DNA of 64,000 bases from an uncultured Chloroflexia bacterium (GCA_963825525.1 CAWGTN010000002.1:96001-160000), one strand, 5' to 3'; shown: positions 38,646 to 50,324, counted from the first letter of the stretch. Program-made: numbers and translations. The notes: generated from the sequence alone by a model not told the origin.

Positions 38646-39034
38646 ATGGCAACCGATACCACGCTCCCCCTCGGCAACTTCTCCGTGAGCCTCGCCGTGA
38701 AGGACATCGCGGCGTCGCGCGACTTCTACGAGAAGCTCGGCTTCTCGGTGATGGGCGGCGACCAGGCGGAGAACTGGCTCATCCTGCGGAACGGCGCCGC
38801 GATCATCGGCCTGTTCCAGGGGATGTTCGAGCGCAACACGCTCACCTTCAATCCCGGCTGGGACGCCGATGGCGCCACGCTGCCCGATTTCACCGATGTC
38901 CGCGAGATCCAGCGTCGCCTGAAGGCGGCCGGCATCCAGCCCTCCCTGGAGGCCGATGAGTCCGGGTCAGGCCCGGCCAGCCTCATGGTCACCGACCCCG
39001 ACGGCAACCCGATCCTGCTCGACCAGCACGTTGA
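38646..39034 (+). CDS. VOC family protein (stop uncertain; reads through to 39344 as sequenced)
   Basis: [25 protein letters not shown]...[18 protein letters not shown]...[13 protein letters not shown]. An out-of-frame TGA at 39032-39034 sits where the protein would be expected to end. Confidence 0.85.
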
Positions 39035-39410
39035 GCTCCGGCCAGATGAACAGCGAGGGAGGCTCGGACTCGTCCACGCTCGGGAACTCGGCAAGCGTGC
39101 CTTCCGCGTAGTGGACGATCTCCAGACACCGGAGCTCCCCATCGTCACTCGCGAACAGCAGCAGCTCAAACATGCCCGTTCGATGTCGCGACTCGATGAG
39201 TGGTGCGCCCTCACAACGGCCGTCGGTGGAAGGAGCGAACGTCACGCTTGGGCAGCACTCCCACCTCTCAGCCACGCGAGCGGTGTCGGCTCGGATGCGC
39301 AGCGCCTGGATGATGCCCTCGTCGCGGCCGCTCACCTCGATTGACAGCAGGAAATCGAGCACGCGACGCTCCGCGGCGTCTAAGCGGCTTCCACTTACCT
39401 CGGCTGGCAT
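38967..39410 (-). CDS. hypothetical protein
   Basis: Globular-looking ECCPSVTF...[20 protein letters not shown]...EFP; the 3' end overlaps the VOC gene and is uncertain. Confidence 0.6.
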   Translation of the reverse strand: MPAEVSGSRLDAAERRVLDFLLSIEVSGRDEGIIQALRIRADTARVAERWECCPSVTFAPSTDGRCEGAPLIESRHRTGMFELLLFASDDGELRCLEIVHYAEGTLAEFPSVDESEPPSLFIWPELNVLVEQDRVAVGVGDHEAGRA

Positions 39411-39466
39411 CGTCCCGACATGTTACGCACGTAGCGCGTGGGCTGACCTGCGTAACGTGCTGGATG

Positions 39467-39692
39467 ATCGGCCTGTTCCAGGGGATGTTCGAGCGCAACA
39501 CGCTCACCACCAATCCCGGCTAGGACGCCGATGGCGCCACGCTGCCCGAGTTCACCGATGTCCGCGATATCCAGCGTCGCCTGAGGGCCGCGGGCATCCA
39601 GCCATCCATGGAGGCCGATGAATCCGGGTCAGGCCCGGCCAGCCACATGCTCACCAACCCCGACGGCAACCTGATCCTGCTCGATCAGCACG
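39467..39692 (+). pseudogene. degenerate 226-bp duplicate of the 3' part of the VOC gene at 38805-39030
   Basis: Colinear, ungapped copy with scattered substitutions and a TGG>TAG stop at 39521. Confidence 0.9.
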
Positions 39693-39741
39693 CTAGGTTG
39701 ATACCCCGATTTCGCTGCGGGTCCGCCGGCCCGCCTGAACC

Positions 39742-40871
39742 TCAACGGTATAGGCCTTCGAATGCAGCGAAGATCGCGAACATCGTCCTCTCGACAATCT
39801 GCGAGAAGTCGGACATCAAACCGGCGGGACGCAGCAAGCCGTGCGCAGCCTTGTTTCTAACTGCGTAAACGACAGCCAAGTCCATTTCGCGGGGAGACAG
39901 AATCCTAGATGACCCCGGAAACGATCCTGTGGCCAACAGCGTGCCCATGGATGCATCTGAAGTTGTCAGCTGAAACGCCTTTGACATCTGCTCGATATCC
40001 AAGCTAGAGATTCGGACGCCGTGGCCCTTTGGGTAGGACTTAAGCATCTCGGCCAGAGTCTTGGCCGGTGCAGTCGCCCGCCGTCTTAGCAGGTCTTCCA
40101 CGACAAGACACAATTCGAGCTCTGCTTGACTGAACAACAGCTGCGCGAACTCGCTCCGGGTCACGCCCTCGATCCGTGGGTCAGACAAGTGGGCGACGCG
40201 GGCAACGCTGTGTGTGATTGCCGCGATCGTGGGAAGCAGAGTCGGATTTCTTTGGTAGCGGCCACTGAAGCTTTGCCAGTTGAGCTTTCCACGCCGGGCA
40301 CGTCGGTACGCGCGGAGGTGCCTATCGAGGGCTTCTTCGTAGCCCTTCACCTTCCCGTAGAACGCCTGGTTTGGATCTGACGCGTCTGCGGTCACGAACC
40401 ACACAGCGGGTCGGGCGGAAGGAAGCCGCCGACCGACATACGGTCCTCTTCGGCGGCTTGATGCATGTAGAGAAAGCCCCGGTCAAGATTTCCGAGGGCG
40501 ATATCCCGCACTCCGGCGAAGTAGTAGCCAGTGCCTTTGTGCAGGCGGCGGCCTGGGTTCGTTGCTTCCCATGAGTGGGCAATTCCGAGGGCCCACTCCC
40601 ACATGCCGACTCCCGAGCGGCATGTGCTGGCGAGGCAGCGCCAAGTTCCCGACGTTGTCGAAGAAGGGATCGATGTTGCCATCGGCAGAAGCTCGAGTGT
40701 CAAAGTACGAATGCGCGGCGGCTACGAAGCCGGCTTCGTCGAATGGTGTCCCGAGCAAATCAGCTCATGGAGTGCGATGAATCGGGAGGTCAGTTCATGC
40801 CCGAGCCATTTGACGGCCGTACCCTCGACACCCGGTACTGGAACGAGATCACCATCGTTCGAAAGTGTCAC
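39742..40871 (-). CDS. hypothetical protein with C-terminal HEPN-like RxxxxH motif, about three apparent frameshifts, lower GC
   Basis: ORF pieces join to ...WEWALGIAHSWE...LHKGTGYYFAG..DIALGNLDRGFLYMHQAAEED...AVVYAVRNKAAHG; A/T-ending codons are visibly more frequent than in neighbours. Confidence 0.6.
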
Positions 40872-40923
40872 TGGGTGACGGTACCCCAGCGAATGGCTTC
40901 AAGAACGCCGCTAGTCCGGTGAT

Positions 40924-40967
40924 CGGCTTGACCCGGGTGTTGGCTCCGATCACCTCGGGGTAAGCCG
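40924..40967. other. stem-loop between the lower-GC gene and dnaE
   Basis: CGGCTTGACCCGGGTG...CACCTCGGGGTAAGCCG imperfect hairpin. Confidence 0.4.
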
Positions 40968-41003
40968 CCTAGCTCACTCACGGCGCGCGGCTAGGATGGC
41001 CGG

Positions 41004-44000
41004 GTGACCCAGCGAGCCCCTGATCCGAGCCCGGACGGCGACTTCGTCCACCTCCACGTCCACTCCGAGTTCAGCCTGCTCGACGGGCTGAGCCGCATCG
41101 GCGAGATGACGCAGCGCGTGGCCGACCAGGGGATGCCGGCGCTGGCGCTCACCGACCACGGCAGCATGTACGGCGTCATCCCGTTCTACGCCGCGGCGAA
41201 GAAGGCGGGGATCAAGCCGATCATCGGGCTCGAGGCGTACGTCGGCTCCGCGCGGCATGACCGACAAGGAGGGCAAGCAGGACGCCGACTACCACCACAT
41301 GATCCTGCTGGCCAAGAACGACGTCGGGTACAAGAACCTGCTGGCCCTGACGACCGCCTCGCACCTCGAGGGCTACTACTACAAGCCGCGGATCGACAAG
41401 GAGCTGCTGGCGAAGCACAGCGCGGGGCTCATCGGCACATCGGCCTGCCTGGGTGGGGAGGTGCTGAAGCGCCTGGGCCAGGGTGATGAGCCGGCCGCCG
41501 CGAAGGCGGCCATGGAGTACCGCGACATCCTGGGCGACGGGAACTTCTTCATCGAGGTCCAGGAGCACGGGATCGACGACCAGCGACGGCTCCACCCGCA
41601 GCTCGTCGAGCTGGCGCGCAAGAACAACCTGCCGCTCGTGGCGACGAACGACACCCACTACACATCGCCGGACCAGTACGAGGCGCACGACCTCCTGGTC
41701 TGCATCCAGACCGCGTCGAACCTCGACACGCCGGGGCGGATGCGCTTCGAGAACAACGAGTTCTACCTGAAGTCCGCCGTCCGAGATGCGCCGCCTCTTC
41801 AACGGCGAGCTGCCCGACGCCATGGACAACACCGTGCGCATCGCCGAGCAGTGCGAGGTCAACCTCGACTACGAGGGGCTGCGCCTGCCGCACTTCGAGG
41901 TGCCGGCAGGGGAGACCGAGGCGTCGTGGCTGCGCAAGGAGTGCGAGCGCGGCTTACCGCCGCGTTACGGGACGATTACCAGCGAGGTCCAGCATCGGCT
42001 CGACTACGAGCTCGGGATCATCGACCGGATGGGGTACTCGGCCTACTTCCTGATCGTGGCCGACTTCACGCGGTTCGCCCGGGAGCAGGGGATCATGATC
42101 ACCTGCCGCGGATCGGCGCCGGGAAGCATCGTCACCTACTCGCTGGGCATCACCCCGGTCGACCCGCTCGAGTACGGCCTGCCGTTCGAGCGCTTCCTCA
42201 ACCCCGACCGGGTGACGATGCCGGACATCGACATCGATTTCCAGGACAGCCGCCGGGACGAGGTCATCGAGTACGTCACGCGCAAGTACGGCGACGACCG
42301 GGTGGCGCAGATCATCACCTTCGGGACGCTCGGCGCCAAGGCGGCCATCCGGGACGTGGGGCGCGCCATGGGCCTGACCTACGCGGAGGCCGATCGGGTC
42401 GCCAAGGCGGTCCCCAACGAGCTCAACATCTCGCTCGAACGCGCCGTGGAGACCTCCCCGCCGCTGCGCGAGCTGATGGCCGGGGACGATCGGGTCGACA
42501 AGCTCATCGGCATCGCGAAGCAGCTCGAGGGCGTCTCGCGCCATGCCTCGACGCACGCTGCGGGGATCGTGATCAGCCGCGATCCGCTGACCGAGATCAT
42601 GCCGCTCCAGCGCGCGACCGACGGCAAGACCACCATGACCCAGTTCGAGATGCACGCCTGCGAGACGCTCGGCCTGCTGAAGTTCGACTTCCTGGGCCTC
42701 ATCAACCTCACCATCCTGGCCGATGCGGTCGACCTCGTGGAGAAGCACCGCGGCGTGCGCCTGGACGTCGACAAGCTCCCGCTCGACGACGCGAAGACCT
42801 TCGAGCTCCTCGGCCGCGGCGAGACGATGGGCGTCTTCCAGCTGGAAGGCTCGGGCATGCGCCGATACGTCAAGGAGCTCAAGCCGACCGAGGTGCGCGA
42901 CCTCGCCGCCATGGTCGCCCTCTTCCGCCCCGGGCCGATGGCGAACATCCCCGCGTACATCCGCCGCAAGCACGGCGAGGAGCCGGTCTCGTACCTGCAT
43001 CCGGCCCTCGAGCCGGCCCTGAAGGACACGTACGGCATCTTCGTGTACCAGGAAGACATCATGACCGCCTCGATCGCGATGGCGGACTACACCGGTCCCG
43101 AGGCCGACAACCTCTGCTACGCCATCCGCAAGAAGAAGGAGGACGTCCTCCGCCAGCACGAGCAGAAGTTCAAGGCCGGGGCGAAGAAGAAGGGCATTCC
43201 GCCGCAGATCGTCGACAAGGTCTTCGCCGAGTTCGAGCCATTCGCCCGCTACGGCTTCAACAAGGCCCACGCCACCTGCTACGGCCTGATCGCGTACCAG
43301 ACGGCGTACCTCAAGGCGAACTACCCGATCGAGTTCATGACCGCCGTCATGAACGGCTTCCGCGAGCGCGCCGAGAAGGTCGCCGCGGTGATCGCCGAGT
43401 GCAAGCGGCTGGGAATCGAGGTCCGCCCGCCGGACGTCCAGAAGTCGCACGCCCTCTTCGCCGTCGAGACCGATGCGAACGACGTCCCCGAGGCGATCCG
43501 CTTCGGCCTCGCCGCCATCAAGAACGTGGGCGAGGGCGCGATCGACGCCATCGTGGCGGTGCGCGACGGCGGCGAGGAGCCGGGACCGTTCGTCTCGCTC
43601 GACGACCTGTGCCGCCGCGTCGACCTGCGCACCGTGAACAAGCGGGTCATGGAGTCGCTCATCAAGGCCAGCGCCGTCTCGTCGCTCGGCACCGCCGGTG
43701 CCCTGCTCGACGCGCTGGACACCGCGCTCGAGAACGGCCAGCGCCACCAGCGTGACGTCGCCGCCGGCCAGTCCACGCTCTTCGACCTGTTCGCCGTGGC
43801 GGCGGATGCCGGACCCTCGTTCCTCGACGGGGGCGACGAGATCCCGCGCCGCGAGCGGCTGCGCTGGGAGAAGGAGCTCATCGGCCTCTACCTGTCGGAG
43901 CATCCGCTCGGCGACATCACCGAGGACCTGCCCGACTACGTCACCGCCTACACCGGCGACCTGGCCGAGGAGACCGACCAGTCGAAGGTCACGCTGGGCG

Positions 44001-44764
44001 GGATCCTCATCTCGTCGCGCAGGATCGTGACCCGGGCCGGCTCGACGATGCTGGTGGCCACCCTCGAGGACCTCCAGGGCTCGGTCGAGGTCGTCGTCTT
44101 CCCGAAGGTCTTCGAGCAGACCGCGAACTCGTGGGCCGATGACTCCGTCGTCCTCGTGACCGGGCGAATCGACCGCCGCGATGACGCGCCCCAGATCCTG
44201 TGCGAGGCGGTCCACCAGTGGGACGACGCGGTGCGGATGGGTCCGGTTGCCTTCGCCGCGGAGCGGGATCGGCTGCTCGCCGCACGTGGGGGCGGCCGGC
44301 GCTGGGAGAAGCAGCCCGAACGCGCCCAGGGCGTGTGGGGCGGGGGATCGGAGTCGTCCCGACAGGCCGTCGCCGTGGCGGCGCCTCCCCCGGTGGCCGT
44401 GACCATCGAGGAGCCGATGCGTGCCCCGGAACCTGCCGAGGAGCCACCGGCGCCGGTCGATGCCGTGCCGATCCAGTCCTCGCCGGAAGGCTCGACGGCC
44501 ACGGTCAGCGTCGCGATCGGCGAGGACGTGGCAACGGATCGCCTGCTCGTGGCCATCGAGTCGGTCAAGACCGCCCTGGCCGGGCGTCCGGGGCCGCTCC
44601 CGGTCGTGCTGACCATCTCGGTGGCCGGTGCGACGCGCCAGGTTCGACTCCCGGACCGCGTGGCCTGGGACGAGCGACTGGGCGATGCGTTGCGCCGCGC
44701 GGCCGACGTTCCGCTGTCCGTTGAGCTCCGCTCGGGCACGTCGGTGGAATCCCGCCTCGCCTGA
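41004..44764 (+). CDS. dnaE: DNA polymerase III subunit alpha, two apparent frameshifts (~41245, ~41780)
   Basis: [38 protein letters not shown]; [48 protein letters not shown]; OB fold. Confidence 0.97.
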
Positions 44765-44784
44765 ACGACGCCGCCGGGCGGACC

Positions 44785-45664
44785 TCAGCCGCTGAACTCG
44801 ACCGTCCGGAGCATCTCCTCGATCTCGCCGAGCATCCTGTTCTGCTCGAGCGGCGCGCCGTTGATCTCGGCGTTGACCTCGATCCAACGATCGGGGAAGC
44901 CCGGCGGACTGAGCTGCCACCACGCGACGATACCGTTGTTCGTGCGGGTGCTGCGGAATGCCGCCGGCTGACCCCCGATGATCCGCCCCGCATCCAGCCC
45001 GTACGGCCGTCGCGTCACCGGATCGAAGATCGGTGGATCACCATCCGCCCACGCGGTGATGATGATCGAGGCCTCGCCGGGCGGCACTCGTGAGATCGAG
45101 ATCGAGCACGGGTCGCCGAAGGCGGTGCACAGGTCGTCAACATCGGCGTCGAAGGTGACGATGTGCGCGATCACGTGATGCGCGTCCGCGCGGTCGGTGC
45201 CGGGCGCCACCAGCCAGCCATCGGGATGGGTGAAGTTGATCTCCTCCGCTGCGAACGGCGTCCCGGCCACGTCCGCGGACTGCGGGCTGAGCGCGACGAC
45301 GACCACCATCAGCGCCGCGACCCCCACGGCGGCCGCCGCCACGACCGCGAAGGCGAGCCAGCCCGAGTCGCGCGCCGTCGGCGGCCCGGCGTCGTGCGCC
45401 ACCGGACGCCGGGCGACCTGGACCGGACCCGACGGCCAGCGTTGGGGCGGAACGACCAGCTGGTGGGCGCCATCCCAGGCCGACCGCCGCGCAGGGTCGG
45501 AGAGGACGTGCCACGCCTCGTTGATGCGGGCCATGATCGGGGTGGGCTGCGCCGTCACGTCGGGGTGGTGCTGCTTCGCCAGCCGCCGATATGCGCGCGC
45601 AATCTCCTCGCGCGTGGCGGTGCGCGCCACGCCGAGGATGGCGTACGGATCGGGATCGAGTCAC
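44785..45664 (-). CDS. J-domain protein with TM and extracytoplasmic domain (start uncertain or frameshifted)
   Basis: DPYAILGVARTATREEIARAYRRLAKQHHPDV...INEAWHVLSDPARR. Confidence 0.85.
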
Positions 45665-45720
45665 GACATCGGAGTGTACGTCCGCACGGGGCCGATCCCA
45701 TGCTTGCTATCCTGTCGCCC

Positions 45721-46189
45721 GTGATCATCAAGCGCAGCACCAAGCCGGTCGAGGCCGGCGATCCGGACGCAACCGTCCAGCCCGAGGCCGAACAGGCCGC
45801 GGCGGTCGCCACCGTGCCGTCGGCGGCGGATGCCCCGATCGACGGCGCGCAGCTCGATGCGGCGATCCTCCGCTTCATTCGCCGGTTCCCGAACCAGACC
45901 GTCGATCTCACGCCATTGGCCGATGAGCTCCAGGTCGACGCGGCGCGCATCCAGCTTGCGGTGGAGGACCTCGGCCGCCGGCGAATGGTGGTGGTGCCGT
46001 TCATCGAGCCCGGGGCGCGCCGGTGGGGCCACCCTGACCGCGATCGGCCTGCGCTGGCTCATCGAGCGCGAGGGCGGATCCCCGGCGGACACGCCGACCG
46101 CCTTCAAGCCTGCCGACGAGCACGTCCGCGCCGGGGACGAGGCGGCTCGCCTCCCGCGCGCCCAGGTGTACGGCGTCAAACGCGGTTGA
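45721..46189 (+). CDS. hypothetical winged-helix-like protein, apparent frameshift near 46015
   Basis: AILRFIRR...LTPLADELQV...LGRRRMV continues in a shifted frame as AGGATLTAIGLRWL...GVKRG*. Confidence 0.65.
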
Positions 46190-47394
46190 TCGGCCGCATC
46201 CTCTCGTTCCTGGGACGGATCCCCGGCGTCCTGTGGCGTCAGACCGCCGGACGCCTCATGTCATCGGCGGAGGACGGCGCCCGACGCACGGAGCCGATGA
46301 TCCAGCCCCAGGAGCCGCGCAGCGTGGCGGGCATTGCGCTTCGAGCCAGCCTGGTGGTCCTGGGCGTGGCCTTCGCCGCCTACCTCGTCTACGAGCTTCG
46401 ACTGCTCCTCATCCTCGTCTTCCTTGCCATCCTGTTGGCGTCGGGACTCTACGGCGTGGTGCGCTTCTTCGAGCGGATGCTGCCGAGGATCGCGGCGGTA
46501 CTGGTCTCGTACCTGCTCCTCATCGGCGCCATCGGCCTGGTGATGTTCCTGATCTTTCCGCCGCTCATTCGACAGGCGGTGGACCTGGTCGATGACTTCC
46601 CGCGAATCGTCGATAAGCTGCGCGACGACGCGATCCAGCTGCTCGACAACGTCGCCGGGACGGGGAGCGGCCGCGAGATCGTCGATACGCTGACCGGCGG
46701 GGCGGGCGATTCGCTGCCCGAGCTCGGGTCACTGCTCAGCGTCCCGCTCACGCTCGTCGGCATCCTGGCCAACCTCATCATCGTGGTGTTCCTGTCGGCG
46801 CTCATGCTCATCGAGCGGGATCGGTCGCGCGAGTACCTCCTGAAGTTCGTTTCGCCATCCGATCACGATGCCGTCATGGAGTCGAGCCGTCGCGCCCTTC
46901 TCAAGCTCGGGGCCTACGTGCGCGGACAGCTCATGGTCATGACGATCATCGGCGGTGGATCCGTGCTCGGGCTGGTGGTGGTCGGGTTCATCGTCCAGGG
47001 GTCGCCGCTGCCGTTCTCGGTGCCGCTGGGTGCGCTGTCGTTCATCACCGCCGCCATCCCGCTGGCCGGCGCGTTCCTGGCCGGTGGCCTGATCGTGCTC
47101 GTGTCGCTCACCGTCTCGCCCCTCGCCGCCCTCCTGATGCTGGCGTGGGTCGTCGTTCTCCAGCAGCTCGAGGGATCGGTGATCACACCGTACATCCAGG
47201 GCAAGGTGGTCAACCTCTCGGCCGTGGTCGTCCTGCTGGCGGTCGTGGCCGGCACATCGTTGGCGGGCATCGTCGGCGGGATCATCGCCATCCCGGTGGT
47301 GGCGGTGGTCGACGTCGTGATCCGCGACATCATCTTCCCGCTGCGGGAGCGTGCGGAGCATCTTCGGAGCACGTCCGACGCACGAGCCGGGTAG
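46186..47394 (+). CDS. AI-2E (PerM) family transporter
   Basis: YVRGQL, IPLAGA, QQLEGSVITP, GGIIAIP; multiple TMs. Confidence 0.92.
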   Translation: MIGRILSFLGRIPGVLWRQTAGRLMSSAEDGARRTEPMIQPQEPRSVAGIALRASLVVLGVAFAAYLVYELRLLLILVFLAILLASGLYGVVRFFERMLPRIAAVLVSYLLLIGAIGLVMFLIFPPLIRQAVDLVDDFPRIVDKLRDDAIQLLDNVAGTGSGREIVDTLTGGAGDSLPELGSLLSVPLTLVGILANLIIVVFLSALMLIERDRSREYLLKFVSPSDHDAVMESSRRALLKLGAYVRGQLMVMTIIGGGSVLGLVVVGFIVQGSPLPFSVPLGALSFITAAIPLAGAFLAGGLIVLVSLTVSPLAALLMLAWVVVLQQLEGSVITPYIQGKVVNLSAVVVLLAVVAGTSLAGIVGGIIAIPVVAVVDVVIRDIIFPLRERAEHLRSTSDARAG

Positions 47395-47397
47395 CGC

Positions 47398-49410
47398 TCA
47401 GGCGGCGATCACCTGGTTGCGACCCGCGCGCTTGGCCATCGAGAGTGCCACGTCGGCCGTGGCGACGAGCCCATTCATCGAGTCCTCGCCGGTCGGGACG
47501 GTGGAGACGCCGGCACTGACCGTGCAGCGGATCGGCGCACCGTCGTCTCCCAGGAACGTCGACTCCGCGAAGGCCGTGCGGATGTCCTCCGCGACCTGGA
47601 CTGCCCCCTCGCGATTCGTGCCCACCAGGACGGCGACGAACTCCTCGCCTCCATAGCGTGCAACGATGTCGGCGCGACGAAGCCGAGCGGCCATGATCGA
47701 TCCGAAGCCAGCCAGCACTCGGTCACCCGTCCCGTGCCCGCGCTCCTTGTTCACCGCCCCGAAGTGATCGAGGTCGAAGATGATCGCCGACACCTCGAGT
47801 CGCTTGTCCGCGGGCTGACGAGTCCGCTGCGCGGCGAGCTGTTCGAACGTCAGGTTGAAGTACCGCCGATTCGGCAGCCCCGTGAGGGCGTCCCGGATCG
47901 AGCTCTCCTGCACCCGCCCGAACTCGTGCGAGTTGGTCAACGCCAGCCCGGCGAGGTCGCACATCATCTCGAGGGCTCGCAGCTCGTCCGGTTCGAACGG
48001 GGTTGCGAGGTCCAGACGAGCGAGACCGAGGGTCGCGACCACGGTTCCGCCGCTCCTGATCGGGGCGCAGGCCAGCGAGACCTCGACGGTCGGCAGGACA
48101 TCGCGCATGGCGAGCGCGCGCACATTGACGTCGGCCCTGGCGACGGACACCGGAACGCCGTCCCTGATGACCGCACCCGTCACCCCGTCGCCAGGTTCGA
48201 TCACGCGCCCGATGACCTCTGGTGCGCCGACCGCGGCGGCGACCGTGTGGGCATCGCCATCGAGCGACTTCACCGTGAGCTGGATGATGTCGGCCGGCAC
48301 GACGTCCCCCGCGGCCTGCACCACGTGGTGGAAGAGGAGATTCTCCTCGAGCGACTGCGCGATCTGACGGGCAAAGGCGGCGATCCGCTCCCGTCGGGCG
48401 GCACGGTCGGCCTCGATCGTCATCTGCATGGCGAGGGCCTCGATCGCCGCCTGCCGCTCGGCCATTGCCGCGGCCGTGATCATCGAGGACAGGAAGATGA
48501 CGGCCACCAGGATCTGCGCCTGGCCGGTCTGGATGGCAAGCCCGGGGTTGAGCAGCGCAATCGGGCCATGGCCTCCGAGGGTCCCGATCATGACAAGGGA
48601 GCCGATGGTGACCGTCGCGAGGGCGGCGCCGGCCGCTCCGAACCGGACGCCGACAACCACCAGCAGAAGGAAGACCGGATAGGCAGCGAGCTGCAGATCG
48701 GTCTCAACCGGGAAGAACGCCAGGATGGTGATCCCGAGCATCATGGCGGCGATGGCCACGGCCTCGACCACCCGCCATCTGCTCATGGCCGGACGCAGGC
48801 CGTTCGCGGCCGCCACGATCAGGATCGGGGCAACCGTCAGCACGCCTCCCGCGTCACCGATCAACCAGGTGAGCCATGTCTGCAGGAACGGCGCACCCGA
48901 TCCGATCGCAGCCGCCGCGGCCCCGATCAATCCGCCGATCGCAGGACCGCCCAGGACGCCACAGGCCACGAACAGGCCGACACCGCGGACGGATCCGAAT
49001 GACGTGAACCCGGTGCGCCGGAGGGCGACTGCCGCCGCGAGGGGCGCGACGGTGTTCGCTACCGTGAAGCCGACGGTCATGCCGGGCGATACCCCGGCGT
49101 CGAGATTGGCGGCCACCACGGCGATGGCGACACCGCCGAGCACGAGCGGCCACCGATTGACCGGTGCCAGGATCAGGGCTCCGAGGGCGAGGCCGGCGGG
49201 CGGCCAGATTCCGGCGATGTTCTGCGGTTGGAGCATGAAGACGAGGCTGATCCGGGCCGCAAAGGCATAGCCGACGGCCACGAGCAGGAGCATCGCGATG
49301 CCGCGCGGCGTGGTGACGGGGCGGATTCCACGCCAGAGACGCGCCCCGAGACCGCCGGAGGCGTCGGGCGCGATGGGCTGAACCCCCGCCGTCGGAGCGG
49401 TCGACTGCAT
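47398..49410 (-). CDS. MASE1-GAF-GGDEF diguanylate cyclase
   Basis: MASE1 IWPPAG/WLIGDAGG, GAF domain, DALTGLPNRR, DLDHF, ARYGGEEF, AKRAGRN. Confidence 0.93.
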   Translation of the reverse strand: MQSTAPTAGVQPIAPDASGGLGARLWRGIRPVTTPRGIAMLLLVAVGYAFAARISLVFMLQPQNIAGIWPPAGLALGALILAPVNRWPLVLGGVAIAVVAANLDAGVSPGMTVGFTVANTVAPLAAAVALRRTGFTSFGSVRGVGLFVACGVLGGPAIGGLIGAAAAAIGSGAPFLQTWLTWLIGDAGGVLTVAPILIVAAANGLRPAMSRWRVVEAVAIAAMMLGITILAFFPVETDLQLAAYPVFLLLVVVGVRFGAAGAALATVTIGSLVMIGTLGGHGPIALLNPGLAIQTGQAQILVAVIFLSSMITAAAMAERQAAIEALAMQMTIEADRAARRERIAAFARQIAQSLEENLLFHHVVQAAGDVVPADIIQLTVKSLDGDAHTVAAAVGAPEVIGRVIEPGDGVTGAVIRDGVPVSVARADVNVRALAMRDVLPTVEVSLACAPIRSGGTVVATLGLARLDLATPFEPDELRALEMMCDLAGLALTNSHEFGRVQESSIRDALTGLPNRRYFNLTFEQLAAQRTRQPADKRLEVSAIIFDLDHFGAVNKERGHGTGDRVLAGFGSIMAARLRRADIVARYGGEEFVAVLVGTNREGAVQVAEDIRTAFAESTFLGDDGAPIRCTVSAGVSTVPTGEDSMNGLVATADVALSMAKRAGRNQVIAA

Positions 49411-49469
49411 GCCGATATGGTGCGTGGCCGCACCGACCGGCGCACCGGTACCTTCGTCCGGGCCCTGCC

Positions 49470-50324
49470 CTAGCGGTCGAGGAAGCGGCGCAGGAAGTGG
49501 GTTGTCGCCTCGTGGCGCGGGTCGTTGAGCACCTGCTCGGGCGGTCCCTGCTCGATCACCGCGCCATCCTCCATGAACACCACCCGGTCGGCCGCCTCCT
49601 GCGCGAAGTGCATCTCGTGCGTGACCACGATCATCGTCGTGCCGCTGTGCGCCAGGTCCTCCATGACGCCCAGCACCTCGCCGATGAGCTCCGGGTCGAG
49701 CGCCGAGGTGGGCTCGTCGAACAGCAGCACCTTGGGTTCCATGCACAGTGCGCGGGCGATCGCGACGCGCTGCTTCTGGCCACCGGACAGGCGCGACGGG
49801 TACTCATCGCGCTTCTCCGCGAGGCCGACGACCTCGAGGTAGTACTCGGCCCGCGTGACGGCGTGGTCCTGCGAGTGTCCAAGCACACGCGTTGGCGCCT
49901 CGATGCAGTTGCCGAGCACGCTCAGGTGCGGGAAGAGGTTGAACTCCTGGAACAGCATTCCTGCGCGCAGCCGAATCTGCCGAATCTGCTCTCGATGCTG
50001 CCGATCCCGCGCGCGCAGCGGATCGGCTTCGACGCGAACCCCGTCGACCTCGATCGATCCGATCGTCGGCTCCTCGAGGAAGTTGATGCAGCGCAGGAGC
50101 GTCGTCTTGCCCGAGCCTGAGCGGCCGATGACCATCACCGCCTCGCGCTGCCGCACCTCGAGGTCGACGCCGCGAAGGACGTGGTTGTCGCCGAAGTACT
50201 TGTGAATGCCCTCGACCTTCACGATCGGCTCGCCGATGTGTGAGGGAAGCTTCGAATCGACCTCGTACCCACTGGTCGCGGTCGCCGAGCGCGGGCCGAG
50301 GTCAGGGAGAGGTGAGTCGGTCAT
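49470..50324 (-). CDS. polar amino-acid ABC transporter ATP-binding protein (GlnQ-like)
   Basis: GRSGSGKT, LSGGQKQRVAIARAL, FDEPTSALDPEL, VTHEM. Confidence 0.95.
   Translation of the reverse strand: MTDSPLPDLGPRSATATSGYEVDSKLPSHIGEPIVKVEGIHKYFGDNHVLRGVDLEVRQREAVMVIGRSGSGKTTLLRCINFLEEPTIGSIEVDGVRVEADPLRARDRQHREQIRQIRLRAGMLFQEFNLFPHLSVLGNCIEAPTRVLGHSQDHAVTRAEYYLEVVGLAEKRDEYPSRLSGGQKQRVAIARALCMEPKVLLFDEPTSALDPELIGEVLGVMEDLAHSGTTMIVVTHEMHFAQEAADRVVFMEDGAVIEQGPPEQVLNDPRHEATTHFLRRFLDR

Noticed and set aside
41004-41790. Split or intein-containing dnaE, or programmed frameshifting
   Set aside because: No inserted sequence or intein motifs; the pieces are contiguous, and similar indels occur throughout the window.
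41954-44923. 989-aa minus-strand ORF and other long antisense ORFs (e.g. 2587-3921, 24578-26722, 52112-53473)
   Set aside because: Shadow ORFs of high-GC genes on the opposite strand, with no recognisable motifs.
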